This document shows positions 12,345-27,900 of a stretch of DNA of 64,000 nt, one piece after another; within the stretch, counting starts at the first letter, position 1; every line of letters starts with the position of its first letter. Below the pieces are notes generated by a model. That model was given only the letters and a program-made list of their open reading frames with translations. It was not told the origin of the DNA and did no database searches. Source of the DNA: Paramecium tetraurelia (taxonomy: Eukaryota). Made by a program: the position numbers and the translations under genes. Where the stretch lies: NCBI GenBank assembly GCA_000165425.1, contig CT868662.1, forward strand, positions 268,013-332,012. Direction: 5' to 3'.

Positions 12345-13371
12345 ATGCTGAAATTTGATTTATATCGTAAGTTGCCATAGGATTTGATAGAGCCATCGAA
12401 ATCAGGTGCATTGATCTCTTTTACATCATTGATTTTGATGTTTATATTATTTATTACAGAATTCTAGGTAATTCAAAGTCATAAGGAAAGGAATATCTCA
12501 CTCAACAAGTATAAACAGAGATGTATATCGATTAAAATAAGGATGATAAACTTTTAGTTAATATGGATATCTCATTTCCTAATATGCCATGTGATTTTAT
12601 AAGTATAGATTAACAAGATGTAATCGGAACTCATTAATAAAATGTTGAAGGAGAGCTGTACAAAAGCAGAACACTAAATGGGAAAGTCATTGATAAATAT
12701 GTAAAAATTAAATAGTAATTATTTAGTTATCAACAAATGATTCATTGAATTTGGAGAGAGCCTAGTAAGCATACCAATAAAAAGAAGGCTGTGATCTGGC
12801 TGGATATATCATAATAAGTAGAGTTCCTGGTAACTTCCATATATCTGCTCACCCATATGGAGGGTAAGTGAATATGGTACTGCCTTTTGTTGGATTGTCA
12901 GTCATTGATTTATCGCATTCAATAAAACACCTGTCCTTTGGAAAATAAAATGACATATAAAAAATTAGGGAGAAGTTCAAATAAGGGCTGCTTAATCCTT
13001 TAGATGGCATACGCAGAATAAAGACATAGGAACTAACAAATGTTGGAGTGACTCATCAATATTATATTTCTATTGTTCCAACACTCTACGTTGACATCGA
13101 TAATAAAGAATATTTTGTAAATCAATTTGCAGCCAATACAAACGAAGCTTAGACAACATAAATGCCCGCTGTTTACTTTCGATATGATATATCTCCTGTT
13201 ACTGTCCAATTTACTAAATATTATGAAAGCTTTAATCATTTCATCGTCCAACTTTGTGCTATTCTGGGGGGAGTATTTACGATAGCTGGGATCATAGATT
13301 CCATATTTTATGCATGTAATAGTAGATTTAATATTTAAGTACAGAAAACTATGGTTGTTTTGGAGTAATGA
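12345..13371 (+). CDS. ERGIC/Erv41-Erv46 family ER-Golgi vesicle protein
   Basis: MLKFDLYRKLPQDL..SGALIS, MDISFPNMPC, EGCDLAGYIIISRVPGNFHIS, PAVYFRYDISPVTV, LCAILGGVFTIAGIIDS. Confidence 0.92.
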
Positions 13372-13434
13372 AAATGATAATTAAATTATTTATTGTCATA
13401 CATATATGTGAGTATTTAAATAATAATTTATTAT

Positions 13435-14984
13435 ATGTCATTAAAGGACTTTCAGATATTGCAAGAATTAGGTATTGTAAATATGCAAATTAGGTGAGGG
13501 AGCCTATTCTAAAGTATTTAAAATAAAAAGAATCGCAGATTAATAGGAGTATGCTCTTAAAAAAGTTAATTTGCAGTCTCTTTCTGATAAAGAGAAATAA
13601 AATGCTCTTAACGAGGTAAGAATATTGGCCAGTGTAAGACATGCTAATGTTATTCAATATAAAGAAGCCTTTTTGGAAGAATAATCTTAAACATTATGGT
13701 AACTATTTAGATGCAATTATTTTAAGCATCGTAATGGAGTATGCAGATGATGGAGATCTCTATTAAAAAATAGTAGAATGTTAAAAGAAGGGAGTTCTTA
13801 TGTCTGAAAATGACATTTGGAATATATTAATATAAGTATTTCTTAATCCATATTAATATTACAGATTGTCAAAGGTTTAAAAGCATTGCATGATATGAAA
13901 ATCTACCATAGAGATCTGAAATCTGCAAATGTCTTCATGAATACAGACGGAACTGTCAAATTGGGAGATATGAATGTCTCCAAAGTTGCAAGAAAAATAT
14001 TACTCTACACCCAAACTGGAACTCCCTATTATGCTTCTCCAGAGGTCTGGAAAGATCAACCTTATGATTCCAAATCTGATATTTGGTCATTGGGATGTGT
14101 CTTGTATGAAATGACAACATTAAAGCCACCTTTTAGAGCTGAGGATATGAATGGTTTGTACAAAAAAGTTGTTAAGGGTTATTATCCAAAAATACCTACC
14201 ATCTACAGCTAAGATTTAAGCAATGTAATCAGAGCTTTGCTTTAAGTTCAACCACACTTGAGACCCAGTTGTGACAAAATACTTTAATTGTCTGCTATAG
14301 TAAATAGACTAGATGATAAAGTTTTGGTTGAGGAAGAAGGAGCTAAATTTTTATTATAAACAATAAGAGTTCCCAGAAATATGCATTATTTGACAGATAG
14401 ATTGCCAAAACCTAATTATAATCCAATTAGAATGACTAAAATTGATAAATAATAGTTCATCTAGACTTTGGCCATTTAGAAATTAAATTAAGAAAATTTA
14501 GAGGAAAATCATTCATTGCATGTTGATTTCTTGCCTCGTTTAAATAAAAGAAATGAGGAGAGTCTTGATAACTCAGTTGTCTCAAGAAATAACAAAAAAG
14601 TTGATGATATTTAATTGGACAACGTTAATAATAAGAATAACTAAATTAATTAAATATATGGAGTTGGCATCCATCCGAAGAAAAAGGATTTAAGAATTTC
14701 AAATAAGTCTTAAAAGCATGATCTGAAAGCAATAAGAAGAAATGAATTGGATGGGGACCTGAAGCCTTTGATTATAAAATCGTAAAATATTGTTTCATGA
14801 TAGTTATAGCCCTAAAAATGCAAGCGATGATAGACAACCTTTATTGCCACTCTTGCCTAGCATTAAAAAAGATGTTTAAAGATAAAATGAGGATGAACAA
14901 TTGAAAAAGATTAAACAAACTGAAGAATTAATCTAATAATTAAAATAAAAACAATAAAAACACAAGAGAATCTAGAAATTATGA
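13435..14984 (+). CDS. NIMA-related (NEK) Ser/Thr kinase
   Basis: LGEGAYSKV, YALKKV, NEVRILAS, HRDLKSANVF, DMN, GTPYYASPEVW; several tiny introns. Confidence 0.95.
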
Positions 14985-15016
14985 TTAACTGATTGATAAT
15001 AGAATATTTTAATATA

Positions 15017-16452
15017 TCAAACTTTTTATACATCTGTTACTTCTAAAATTTCTCCTATTTTTTGATTTAATTTAAGAGTGTACTTTATATCAGTTCTGCA
15101 TAAGAAACATTGTTTTGTAGTTTTCTTAAGATTTTCAGAGCAAGATGTACAAATACCTCCGTGGTTGCATGGACTTAAGATAATATCTGGTTCATTTTCA
15201 AAGCAAATTAAGCAAATATCGCAAGAATCTTAATCTCTTGGTATTGATTTCATCTATTTCATCATAGTTAAGCATGGAGATTATCTAAAGTTAAGAGAAT
15301 CAGGTCGTAAAACATCACTACAGATTGGAATTGAACTTATATTTCTATTATTCATTTCATTAATCTTTTTCTTTGATACTAATTTATAATATGAAGCAGA
15401 AATTCGAATGAACATAACAGGAATTTTGAGTTTAGACCATTTCTTCTTTGGAGGTTCTATTTAGGGAGATTGAGGAATTGGTACTTGAGTTTACCTATTT
15501 TCCAATTTTAAAACAATTCTATTTTGATAATGAAATTTTAAATACATCAATTGCTTTCTGATTTTATTAGTATAGTAACTAAATGAGATAAGGTAGAGAA
15601 TGATAGAAATCAAGACAGTAATACCAGCTATTCTAATATTAATTTAGATAGTATCCCTTTCATAAAATTAGCATATCTCTTTTAATAAGAAGAATGGAAT
15701 AATTGTTAATCCAAAAATATAATAAAGTAACCATAAAATGATAGATCCTTGATATTTGAACATAATACCATCAATTTCAGGAATATCCTTTTGAAAACAC
15801 TTTTCAACAAAAGCGATAAGCAACAAGACCATCAAAAATGTGTTGATTCCCAATGCTGTCCACGTAATGATGAAGGTTTGATAATATGAATAAACAAAAT
15901 ACTTATTCCACTTCAAAGATAACAATAACAATTATAGGATATAAAGAATTGAATAGGAATAAGCAATCTATATAAATTTAAATTATACGATAAGGTTCTT
16001 TCTTTTGTTTCTCTCCTATTGTATAACTTAATGAAATAATATTCCGATCGTCACAATTATTTAAAGAGCTGGAATATAATACAAATTGATCTCCTTAATT
16101 TCAAAATGTATTATTATTGTGATCTTATAAAATTGGAGATGCAAAAATAGTACTTTAAATGAAACACTTAAAACTTTTTCAAGAAAATGGATGCCAGAGA
16201 TTGCTTTGGATATGTTTTTGTCGAGTAATATAACAATGAATGTGATTAAATCCATTAACCAAGCAAAGATAATTATGTATTTAGAATCAAAGAGCCAGAT
16301 GAGCTTTAAACTAAAGATTAGCATGTAGAATTAGCACACAAAATTGAATAAACATATACGATTAACTTCATTGGAAAACTATGATTAATTTTACAATACT
16401 TAACTTCTAGGTCGACTTATTAGGATCTGATTTGGTCTTGGGATTGACTCAT
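15017..16452 (-). CDS. Multi-pass membrane protein with C-terminal C3HC4 RING finger (putative E3 ligase)
   Basis: Several hydrophobic segments followed by CLICFENEPDIILSPCNHGGICTSC...CFLCR. Confidence 0.85.
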
Positions 16453-16557
16453 AAACCTAATAGTTATAAAAATAATTTAACTATTTGATTCAGATAACAC
16501 TGTTGTATTTATAAAATAAAGATTTTTATTAACTTACAAATTATAAAGACAAAAAAT

Positions 16558-17553
16558 TCATTATAAAAAAGCACTCTATCTAAGTTGTTATATTGTTGCT
16601 CTTTATAATGGATCTTACGAGAAACACATTAGAAGAAAGTTCTTTAATTCTTCAGAAACGTAGCCTGGAATTTTAGGTGATTCTTGATTAAATGCAATTG
16701 CGAGAAGTGTTGATGCAACATTATCAAAATCAAGTTATTCAAACCAAGGATGTTTCCCAGTTAACATCTCTAAAATCACACATCCAAATGACCAAATGTC
16801 TGCTGGAGTATCAATTTGTTCTTATCTAACGACTTCTGGGGCCATCCAAGGAACACTCCCTTGAAGAATACTCTGACATAAATCTTGTTTGATATGTCTG
16901 CTACAACCAAAATCTGAGATTTTAATGTCACCACATGAGTCTAACAAGATGTTACTAGATTTTAGATCTAAATGTAATATCCCTTTATTATGTAAGTATT
17001 CTAAGCCGTTGAGGATTTGATGAGTATAGGTTTTGATAGTTGACTCTGTCATTGGGCCAAATTCATTTAATAATTGAGAAATTGAGCCTATAATAAATAA
17101 ATTGAATCATACCCATTGGCATATATTCTTAATAAATTAATAAACTATCCTTGGTGGACACATGAGATATATATTTGATTATGTTTTGGTGTTATAGGAT
17201 TTATAGAAATGACAGTTCAATCTAATTAAATTTGTATATCTTACATCTACTTTTTACTGATTCTTGAATTTGAACAGTATTTTTTTACAAGCCACAACCT
17301 CGCCAGTATTCATGTTCATTGCCTGATATACTTGAGCATTTGAACCAGAACCAATCAATCTACCTAGTTTGTATTGGCCATCCTTTTAAGCACAATCTTT
17401 AATTTGAATGAATCTATTTATTGGCGCAAGGGTGACATGATGCTTGTTTTTTGTAGGAACTTTCAGAAATCTATGCTTCCCATTACTGTATTTATAATTA
17501 AAACATAAGTACCTTTAACTAGCGGCTCTTATTGTATTATTTACAGACCTCAT
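16558..17553 (-). CDS. STE11/NPK1-like MAP kinase kinase kinase
   Basis: GRLIGSGSNAQVY, EYMPMGSIS, HLDLKSSNILL, SDFGCS, GSVPWMAPEV, ADIWSFGC. Confidence 0.9.
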
Positions 17554-17807
17554 AATTTTTACTTTATCTAACTAAACAATTATCTAAGAAATAAATTATA
17601 TATATATATTTATTTAATCATATAAATATCTCGATTCTCATATCTTTAATTACAATTAATAAAAAGAGTGTTTCTGAATCATTCTTTACTTCAAGATTTT
17701 CATATTATATCAGAAAAGCTAAGACATAAGACTCGCTCAAACATATATCAGCTAAATAATTAACTTCAATTAAATAGGTTAAAATAAAATAATAAAACTT
17801 ATTCCAA

Positions 17808-19533
17808 ATGTTGAAGAAATTGCAATAGTCAGCCAAGGGAGCATATAATCAGAGATTTGGAAATGAGAAATATGAAGAAATGGAAGAAGAAAAGAACAAC
17901 AAGTAAGCAGATTCGCTATTCTCATAATTTAATGCTACTCTCCAATTCAATCAGACCGATAACAACTGCTGTAATCAACATTTATATTTAAGAAATAAAT
18001 AATAACCAGGAGCAAGTTATCGAAATTTCAGACAGAACTTAAATAGATTTCACTAAAGCACTCATACCAGAAGAACTGAAATAATAAATGCAGGAAGAAG
18101 AAATTAAGGAGATTGCCATTGAAAACAACAAAAAGAGTTACAAGAAGCCTAAAAAAAATGATGATATGCCAGAATTTTTAACAAAAAAAATATGTTTAAA
18201 TGAAAATGGTGAAAACTACTACGAAATAGCAGCCAAAAAAGCAAAGGAATAAAACAGTACTATGTTCTAATTAAAACATTTTGTAATAACAAAGGCTACA
18301 AGTGTGCAATAACAGGTCAAAGTAATTTTTATTATATATATCCTTAGAAATCTCTCAAAAAACTAGATGCTCATGTCAAAAAAAAAATTTTAGAAAAGAA
18401 ACAACATATCAACCTTTGGATAGCAGGACAATTAGATGCTAAAATTGTATCTTTAATGAGTAACATGGAACCAAAAATAACAGAGAGTGTAAAGAAATCA
18501 GTCCCTTTTGATTTTATGTAAGACTTCATGCATGATGCAGCCATTAATTTGTGGAAAGATTTCACAGATTTAGTCAGATTAGAATTAAGGGCAAAATTTG
18601 ATAGTAAGAAAGTTGAAATCAAGAAAAGAGAAGTTAAAGGTCCTTTAAATATATTAAGAAATTTTATCCTTTATTCCCTTTATCCTGCAGATCTCACAAC
18701 TAAAGATCACATGAATAGAATTTCTTTTAAGGTGCTGAAATTATGTCAATACATACCATATGTGGGTATATAACCATTAATGTTTTGTATCATTCTACTT
18801 TGTATCAACAAAGTAAATTATAAATTTATAAATTAGGAAGAATATTAATTAGTTAATTACATAGCAGATTATAAGTCTATATAGTTTTTAACTAATGGAA
18901 TAATTCCCTGTCTAATTGCCTACTTCTATTATTTTTTCTATGATCAAGGACCATCATATCATCAGCCTATTTTTGTGCTCCTTTTCACATTTTTGGCTCA
19001 GTGTATTAATGTTTGGATAGCTTTTTATTTGTTAAAAAGGTCTCATTCCCAGGGGGAAGTTTTAAAAGCAGAACTAACAATAACATAAGAAGAGAAAGGA
19101 GGTAGATTAAAATACTTTTTAATTTATGATCTGATTTGTTTAGTTGTAACTGTTTGTGCATCAAGTATGATTCTAGAATATATACTTAGTTATTGTCTAT
19201 TTCTCACACACAATGAATGACCCAAGATAATCATTTGGAGATTTGTTATTTTTTGCAAGAACAATATATGCATTTTTCAGTTTCCCTTTCATAATCTTTA
19301 TGTTACCATTTTTTGTTAAATTATTAACAAATGCAATTGCAACTGGCTATGATAAATATGGAAATTGCATATAAGCCTTGAATTCTATTTAAATGACTTA
19401 CAGAGAAGCAGCTTTAAACAGGAAAGAAGACATTGATATTGAAGAAATTATTGATTAAGATTAGGATGACTAACATAAGGATGATAGTAAGCTTACAAAT
19501 TAAAATCAAGGATTTAATAAAACTGTTGGCTGA
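17808..19533 (+). CDS. Hypothetical multi-pass membrane protein
   Basis: Open reading under the ciliate code with tiny introns; several hydrophobic segments in the C-terminal half; TGA 19531. Confidence 0.75.
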
Positions 19534-19559
19534 TTTGATTAAATATTTATAAGTATCGC

Positions 19560-20046
19560 ATTTTATGTAATTTAATATCTTTTTTTTCCCTTTAGTTTTT
19601 AATTACGATATTCCTATTTCTCTTATGTTATTTCTTGTTATTTTCACTAATTCATTTTTAACCCAGATTGGAATTATAATTAACCCTTTTCTTTTAAAAT
19701 CTCTTTTTATTTTATACATTATTAAATTATTTCCATTTTTCTACAACATCATCATCTTCCTTTAATAAATGATATAAGCAATATCACCAAATATTGAAAA
19801 GGCTTATTGCAACAACTAATAATTTGTATGAGAAATGTTAAGAACACTTATTGTACACCCTTCCTACCCTACCTCATTAATAAGAGTGACATTAAATTCT
19901 TGAGTTTTAAATTGCAATTAAGCTTGTTCTTCTTCTTGAAAATATGGAAGTAATGACTGCTGATTATATTGGATAGTATATGTAGATGCTATTTGAATTT
20001 TATACTCATAGAAGGTATTTTATATTGCAAGATATATCGGTGGCAT
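19560..20046 (-). CDS. Small hypothetical protein with RRM-like segment; 3' end unresolved (possible pseudogene)
   Basis: ATG 20046 MPPIYLAI...CTISVLNISHTNYQLLQQAFSIFGDIAYI; no clean in-frame TGA found before the neighbouring gene. Confidence 0.4.
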
Positions 20047-20199
20047 TATTTATTTAAATGGTTTTGGATTTTATTTAAGTAATACACAAATTTCAGTAAA
20101 AAAGAGATTTTTATATTAATTTCTTATTCGAATTAATTCTCAAAAATAAAAATTATAAAAATACAATGAGAAAATTAATAGAAGTAAAATAATACATAA

Positions 20200-21307
20200 T
20201 CAAACTTTATAACTTCTATTTTAACTCTTTGCATTCCTTCCAGGACCTATTGAAAGATTATCCATAGTATAATTAAGTATCTTACATTCCTGCGAACTTT
20301 CTAGCTTCTTGAATTTTGCTACATTTTCTCTAACTTTTGATCTTGAATTTAATTATTAGACCTTACCTTGATTTTGGAATTATTTGAAACTTCTATAGGC
20401 TTCCTTCAAAATCATCAGATTCGGTTTGTACTCTTATGTTTTCGCCATTCCTTTGGCCATTCAAAAATTTACTATGTGTGTTATTAAAAGAATAACTATT
20501 AATTTGAGTAGTTCTTTTATTAAAAGTAGTGCTATAAATATATGAATTTCATATACTTATTACTATGATTATTAATTTTACGTTATTAAGCAATTTTTAA
20601 GATTTGAAGGATCTACTTAGATTATTTCTTCTTCTCAGATGAAATTGTAGGAGTAGCTCTGAAATATTGATTTTTTTAAGCTTTATTGGTTACACTATCT
20701 CGATTTAGATTATTATTCTAACTAACCGGATTCATATTAACAATATAATGATCGATGATTCTTCCAATTGAAGTGCTGGATTGATTTTGACCAGGGGGCT
20801 TCTGGGAGCTAATTATAAAGGAGAATAAGAACTTTGGCTGTTTTGGAATGGAAGTGTTGAGTTTTTGAATGGTATTTTAGGAAGAGTCATTTTCTATTGA
20901 TTCGGTCAATTTCGATAGCTTTTCATTCAAGGCCTTCATAAATTGGGGAGAGGTGGCATCAGTCAAACGCTCTATATTGTTGCAATTAAGATTATAAATT
21001 GTAGTATCTTTGAGAGATTAAAGAGAATTATCAGATGAGGATTCATAATCTTCTTTAGGGAAGCAAAATGCATGATTAATTTAGCAATTCTAATATCTAC
21101 CAAATGATTTTTTTAGTACTTAAATTCAATTTCCTGTTTAAAATCCATAGGTTCTTGTTCTTCATCTGGTTAAGTTTTAATTATTTATTGCACTGGACCT
21201 TAGGGTTTGTTGATCTTTTATAAAATGTGATATTTCATTAAATCTTTGTCAATGTTGCCTTATTTATTTATTTGAGGACTCTTTGATTTTTTAATTCTGT
21301 TGGACAT
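20200..21307 (-). CDS. Hypothetical low-complexity protein
   Basis: ATG 21307 MSNRIKKSKSPQ, tiny introns, TGA at 20200-20202. Confidence 0.7.
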
Positions 21308-21363
21308 TATAATAATAGTATATAAATATATATTAATAATTAAACTAAATAAATATGTTTGAG

Positions 21364-22890
21364 TCAAGCAAGAGGATATTTTTTTATGTTTGTTTTCACT
21401 CTTGATTAGTTGATAAGCCATTGCTAAACATTGCTCATTAGAGAGATGAGCTTATTCAAATACTTATTAATTTTACTAACCTCGAATCTATCATACAATC
21501 CTGACAAATGATTGACATTGTTGAAAGCATTCTTATCATTTGCTAAACAGAGATATTAATACATTTCAAGTTTTCTATTTGGAGTCATGTGACTCAATAA
21601 AACCCTATCTTTTATAACCCCAATATTGAGGTGTGGATTCGATATCACTAATTTAGACATATCAAATTGGCCACCAGATTCCAGAATTTGTGAATTAAAC
21701 TTAGGTTTCTTCTATCTGATGTTAGTATTGGCTTCCTCTTTGACGGTTTTTGGATCAGGTATTTTCCTTTAAAAATACTTACCAGAACCAACGAATGTAA
21801 CTTGTACCTGTTAAGGCTAAGTTAATACAATTTCATAGCATTCGTCGTCTGATGTTACAACATCAATATCAACTACTTAATGTTCCCTATTAATTCTATT
21901 TGATAGACTTCCTTATTCTAATCTACTTTGAGCTAGAACTCTCACTCTGGAATCTGGAACCTTTGTATAAATCTAGATGCAAAATACTTCACAATATCCT
22001 CCAATCATCTTCTCATGAAATTACTTAGCCTTTTCGATTTAGCCAACATAGAAGTAATATTTGCCCAGCAAATCGTAAGCATAGAGTTCGTGATTCTTTT
22101 CGTTTAACTTCCAAGCTGACATCAAGTACTTAGTAAAATAGAGTTAGCTTAATTTGGGCCTAACTCTTAATAGACATTCTCCCAAACCCCTATAGGCTTT
22201 CATTTTGTTTCTATAATACTATTCATTATCAGATAGACGTTTGCATAACTTAAAGTAAATCGCCCCAGATATTGGATTAAAAAATAACTACTCCATCTTA
22301 CCAAAAATATAGCAAAACCTTTATTGAATGCAAACATTCTTCTGTTTAAAACACTCCTACATTATTTCCTTCATTTCCTATTCACTCTTCTCTCTGTTCT
22401 ATTTGTATTGCTACAAATATTATAATTTCTTAATTAAGATATCAATACTTATTGAGGCTTCGTTTAAGTATCTTGATACATAATTTTCGAACTCTATGGC
22501 GTCGATGGTTTATATGTCTTTGAGACTCGCCATCTCGTCAGAATAACACTTGATAATACTTGAGGATAATTATTGCAATCTGGTGCTTTTGTGACATATA
22601 TCTTGACTATTTGTTGAAGGAACCTTTTTCAAGTTAAAATAATCAGCCCTTTTAAAATTATTGCGAGATTTCTTCTACGATCGTATATTATTCAAATAAA
22701 TTGGATTGACGATCTTCGAATCCTCTTCCTGTAACTCCATTCTATTCAATTCGCTTGAGCTAGTTTTAAATTTGAGTGAGGTGTTAATCAAATATCTCCT
22801 ATGCGATTTTTGAGTTCTTGAGAAGTCAGTTCTTGAAATTCCAAAACTATCCGTATTTGTACTTTCTAGTTTACTCTTCAATTTCTTCAT
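21364..22890 (-). CDS. TPR-like repeat protein
   Basis: Helical repeats: KAYRGLGECLL...YAYDLLGKYYFYVGQIEKAKQFHEK. Confidence 0.75.
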
Positions 22891-22925
22891 AGTTTTTATA
22901 TATTATTTATATTAGATTAAAATTA

Positions 22926-24660
22926 ATGTAAAATAATTGCAAACTGTGTGGGTAGAGTTAACAAATGCTCATTCTAGAGAAACTGCAATTGAAATATTTC
23001 GAAGCCTTCAACTTCTACTTTGCAAAACCCATCAATGAAATTCTATCTCAAATACCTAATACTCCTCATGTAATCTATTTTAAGGATTATGTGATATTAG
23101 ATGAACAATAAGAATACATGAAAAGGTAGTAGAACTTCCTTAACATGTAGATATTACAACAAAGACGAAGTCAAACCCAGACTAGATATTTTGACAGACT
23201 TTTATGTGACAAATTACAAAGAGGTTCATCCCAACTTACTAGTTGTTGAGAGTCATGCTTTGCTGACAAAAAGAAACAAGAAAATTGATAAACTATATTA
23301 TTAGAGAATGCAAGAGAGTGAAAATCACACTCAATCATAGAATCCTGTTGTTGTTAATAATGTCCTCAATTCAAAACTATCATCTAAATCTCAAATCAGT
23401 TACGAGACTGAAGAACACGATATCTATTCTTCTGAGGATCAACCACAGAAACAAAATCGCTTAGATTTCAAAGGCATTAGTCTCCTCAACGATTTTGAAG
23501 ACAGCAAATTATATCATGAATTATTGGATAAGCAATATCACACTATTAATAAAATGACCAACAAAAATAAATTACTCTCTCCAAATTTTTACATCAGGTC
23601 TCCTCCCCTAAGTCAATAAAACATTTAAACCAACCTCATTAAGGATCTGCATACAATGAAAAGTGTCCAGAGAAGAACCAATAATATGGATCTCAGGGAG
23701 AAGAAGGGTATTTGAATTTCTATATTCTCTCTAGCAATTTTCGCTAATTCCAAGAGCGAATCAAAGCATTCTCAATCGAGTTTCAAGATTTCAAAAATCA
23801 AAGACTCAGTCGATCAACAAGTTGATTAGTTTTGTGATTGTGTCAACGGATAAATTGAGCCATCTGACATGGAAGGTAAGAATAAGATGTCTAGAATTCA
23901 GAGTGATAATTTCACTATTTAAAAGATGCTTAAGGAATATTAGGGTAATCAGAAAAGATAATTAAAATCCACAATTTCATAAGACCAATTAGTTGCAAGT
24001 ACATCTACTCTTATATAGGGATTTTAAGGTTCTTAAAAAAGTATTAAATAAGATCAAAATAACAATAATGGTAGTATATAAAATATATCATAAAGACAAG
24101 AATAAATTAAGAAAGTCTATTAACCAGTCTCATAAAAAAAAATAAACTAAAATTAATTAGATCGAATCACAAAAGGAGGTTGTCTAACTGATAGAAATAT
24201 GAAATAGTTGCCCATTTCTGAAGACTTGTTTACCAAGTTGCATGATATCAAAATCAAAAGTTCATAAAATGCAGAATCCATCAAAAAACCTGAATCCAAT
24301 TACATGATACCCTCTCAGTATAATGCAATGTCCACTTTCAAAGTAGCCAACAATAACAAAGCCAAATCTCAATACACCAAGAAAACTGCAGGATTTGATT
24401 TCGCTACCAAATCATAACATTAGCAATAGGCGAATCATAGCCAATCGAAATTACTGAATATCAACACACAAAAAACAGATGATATTGTAAAAAAGTACAT
24501 TTAATTGGCCACCCAATCTATATAAAATCATAAAAAATTTGATTTCAAATTGAATCTTTAAAACTTAAATAATCATAACGAACCTCATTTAGATGAAGAA
24601 TTCTGTATTTATAACACATTATTTTTAACTAGAAAACAAACGTCTAAATTTTCTTACTGA
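22926..24660 (+). CDS. Hypothetical protein (S/Q/N-rich)
   Basis: Open frame with tiny introns, ATG 22926, TGA 24658. Confidence 0.7.
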
Positions 24661-24905
24661 AAGACACAGTTAATAATATTAGGAAAAAGATTAATTTATT
24701 ACTCATAGAAAAATTGTGATTAAATGAACGTTTTGATATTTTCATCATTAAATTATATTCAAAAAATAATAATTTCAAATCTAATTTTTCTATTTTTTAA
24801 TAATTCTTTAATTTATATAAAGAATTTATAAATTATGAAGCCAAGAAATAAAAATATTTTAAATTTTTATGGAGAATAAATATTAATACAAATATCGAAT
24901 TAAGG

Positions 24906-27900
24906 ATGGAATTTAATGCACAAAAGAATGTGTTTGAATTAGTAAAACTATCTTTTCCATAATACACAGAAGAAAATACATTAATCAATTGTAAGAATTA
25001 TTTATGTAGGATTTTGAATCTAAAAACTAAATATTAAGTATTAGATGATATCATAATAGAGAAGGAAATAAATGAAAATGAGAATGTATAAGTAAACTAC
25101 TATAAAAATAGAAAGTACTTTAAATGAGATTACGAGAATGCTTCACAAAACTACTGAAATCTAAAATTTAAAAAAATTAAGAAATAATTCATTTTATACT
25201 CAGAGTAAGTTAATTAGGAAAATAAGAAATCTCGAACAACAGTTAAGAATAGCTATTTTTTGAAAATTCAAATATCATTAAGTCGTCTATCGATATTGAA
25301 AATCAATAGACAACTAATCAAACTATCAACAAACTAGATAATAGTTTAATCACAAGTATAATACTAGAAAAATAATAAGTAATAAATTACAAAAATATAG
25401 AATAGTATTACGTAGGAGGTGAATGACAAAGATTTAATGAAGGATATACTATTTTGTCTTTAGGGAATTGAAGGCTAATATATTCAGTATGATGCATCAT
25501 CAGATTCATTTTGCCTAAGGAAAGATGTTAATATTTCAATATCAGTACGACAACTAGTAAACTTGATTTCTGAATGCGGATGGTTATACAAGAAGATTTC
25601 CTCTTTTTGTCAGGTCCAATAACCAAACCTGATAGTCTAAGCACTTCAAAATGTAATCAAATTAGAATTATCAGAATATTATAAATTGATTGCAAATCTT
25701 GAAGGCATGATCCTGTCTTCATAATGTAATGTTACAATATTATTTAGTAATCACATTTAAGAGAATTCACTTTCATCTCCAATCCTCTTATGACTACATG
25801 ATATAAATAAATCAATTACTTTCAATTATTCAAACTAGTACTCCCCTTGGAGCTACATCTTGTTTAATTATTAATGTTTTAGATCAATTTTCAAAGCATG
25901 GATGCTCTCAAATGGCAGAACTATTCGCACGTCTACAGAAAGCAAGTTGCTAGCCATTAATGAAGTATATAAATGAATGGATCTTTGAAGGGAATCTACT
26001 GGATATAGCGAATGAATTCTTTATAGAAAAGGATGATTAAAAGGCAATAACTAAGGATTAAGGAGAATTATGGAGAAAATAATATAGGATTAATTATGAT
26101 AAGGTCCCAGTTGTTATTTCTTATGATGAGGCGTATAAAATCTATGACACTGGTAGAGCTATAAATTGGTTGAGAATATAATGTGATAATAGGAATTGGT
26201 ATCTAAAAATTTAGCCATTAACCATCAATATTCTTTAGACCAAGGAATTATCTTAGTTGATAAATTAAGCTAACAAAAAGACAAATACTGAATTAGTTAA
26301 TTTACTATTTGGTAAATTCAAATTAATGGATCATTTCAATATTATTAAATAGTACTTCCTTTTGGGTAACGGTAATTTCTCTCAATTATTGATTGAAACC
26401 CTATATAAGGAGTTATCAAAAAAAGGTAACTTAGTTTATAAACATACTTTGACTGGGTTAGTTGAATCTACACTCAGAATGAGCAATGCAAAGTAGATAG
26501 TATTATAGAGATTGTCAGTTAAATTGTTGGAGGCCCAAAAAAATGATATAGGTTGGGACATCTTTTGTTTAGATTATGAATTTGAAGAACCACTGAGAAC
26601 ATTATTTAATCGCAAGACTATGCTCAATTATTATAAAATATTCAATTATTTATGGCGTATTAAAAGAGTGGAATACACTCTAATCTAATCATGGATGTAA
26701 TAAATTAAAAACAAATGTTACTTAAACGTTAAGTCAAATGTAAATAAGGCTCTTCATTTGAGTTTGTAAATCATGAATTCAATGATCCATTTCATTAAAA
26801 GTTTCTTTAGTTACTTGATGTTAGATGCAATTGAAGCTCCTTGGAAAAAGTTCATGGATTAAATTAATTAAATAGAAAATTTAGATCATCTCATTCAATT
26901 ACATGAACAACTGTTGAATGAAATTATTGATAAAGTATTCTTGAATTAAAAACAAGAATAAATTCAGATAATCTTACTGAAACTATTCGAAATTTCATTC
27001 AGATATAAATAGAATTTAGAGCATCTATTTCTGTATGTGAGAGAATTGATGGCTAAGGATAGAAGTGATAGGTTTGAGTAATCAATGGATCCAAGAGTAT
27101 CACATAAAACTACATCAACTTATAGTATCAATATTGATCCAGAGTTTAAAGGATAAGAAATTATTAAATTATTATTGCAATTAAGATAAATGCATAAAGA
27201 GTAAATATTAGAATTGATTAAGCAACTATAAAACGAAGAAAAAATGAAGTTTTTATTATTGAAACTTGATTTCAATGAGTACTACAACTTATTATCATAA
27301 GAAAAACTGTTTTCATTAGGTTTTGAAAAGTAAAATTTATTATAACTATTACAGATTTTTACAATAATGTCCAATCCAAATAAATGAAACTGTTTGCCAG
27401 AAACAAATATCTGAACAGCCTCAAAGTTAATTATTAAAACCTTCTATTCCACAATTAAATCAAAAGTCAATGACCTTTATTTAGCAAGATGATATTTAGA
27501 TTAATGAAGGAAGTATTTATTTCTTTTATCAAAGTAAACCATTTAGAAGAATAAAAAAAATAGAAAAAACTAAAGTCAAAATAATAGATATAAACAATGT
27601 AAAAAGAAGCAACTTCTGAGTTATAAAATCCTATGTCCAAACTTCCTATGCCATTTCCATAACCATAATAACCTATAATTACTATGAGTCCGATTAATCA
27701 ATAATCTTTATCGGATAGTAATATTCTCCAATCTTAATCTTTAAAGAGCGTCTAATAATAGTTTTCATAAAAAATTCTACAATAGACATAAATAAACCAT
27801 ACTATGCAATAGTTGCAATAACAATAATAATAATAGATGTAACAACAATAACATTACGTACAATTATAATCAAAAGCTAAACCTTAATTATCCAGAAAAT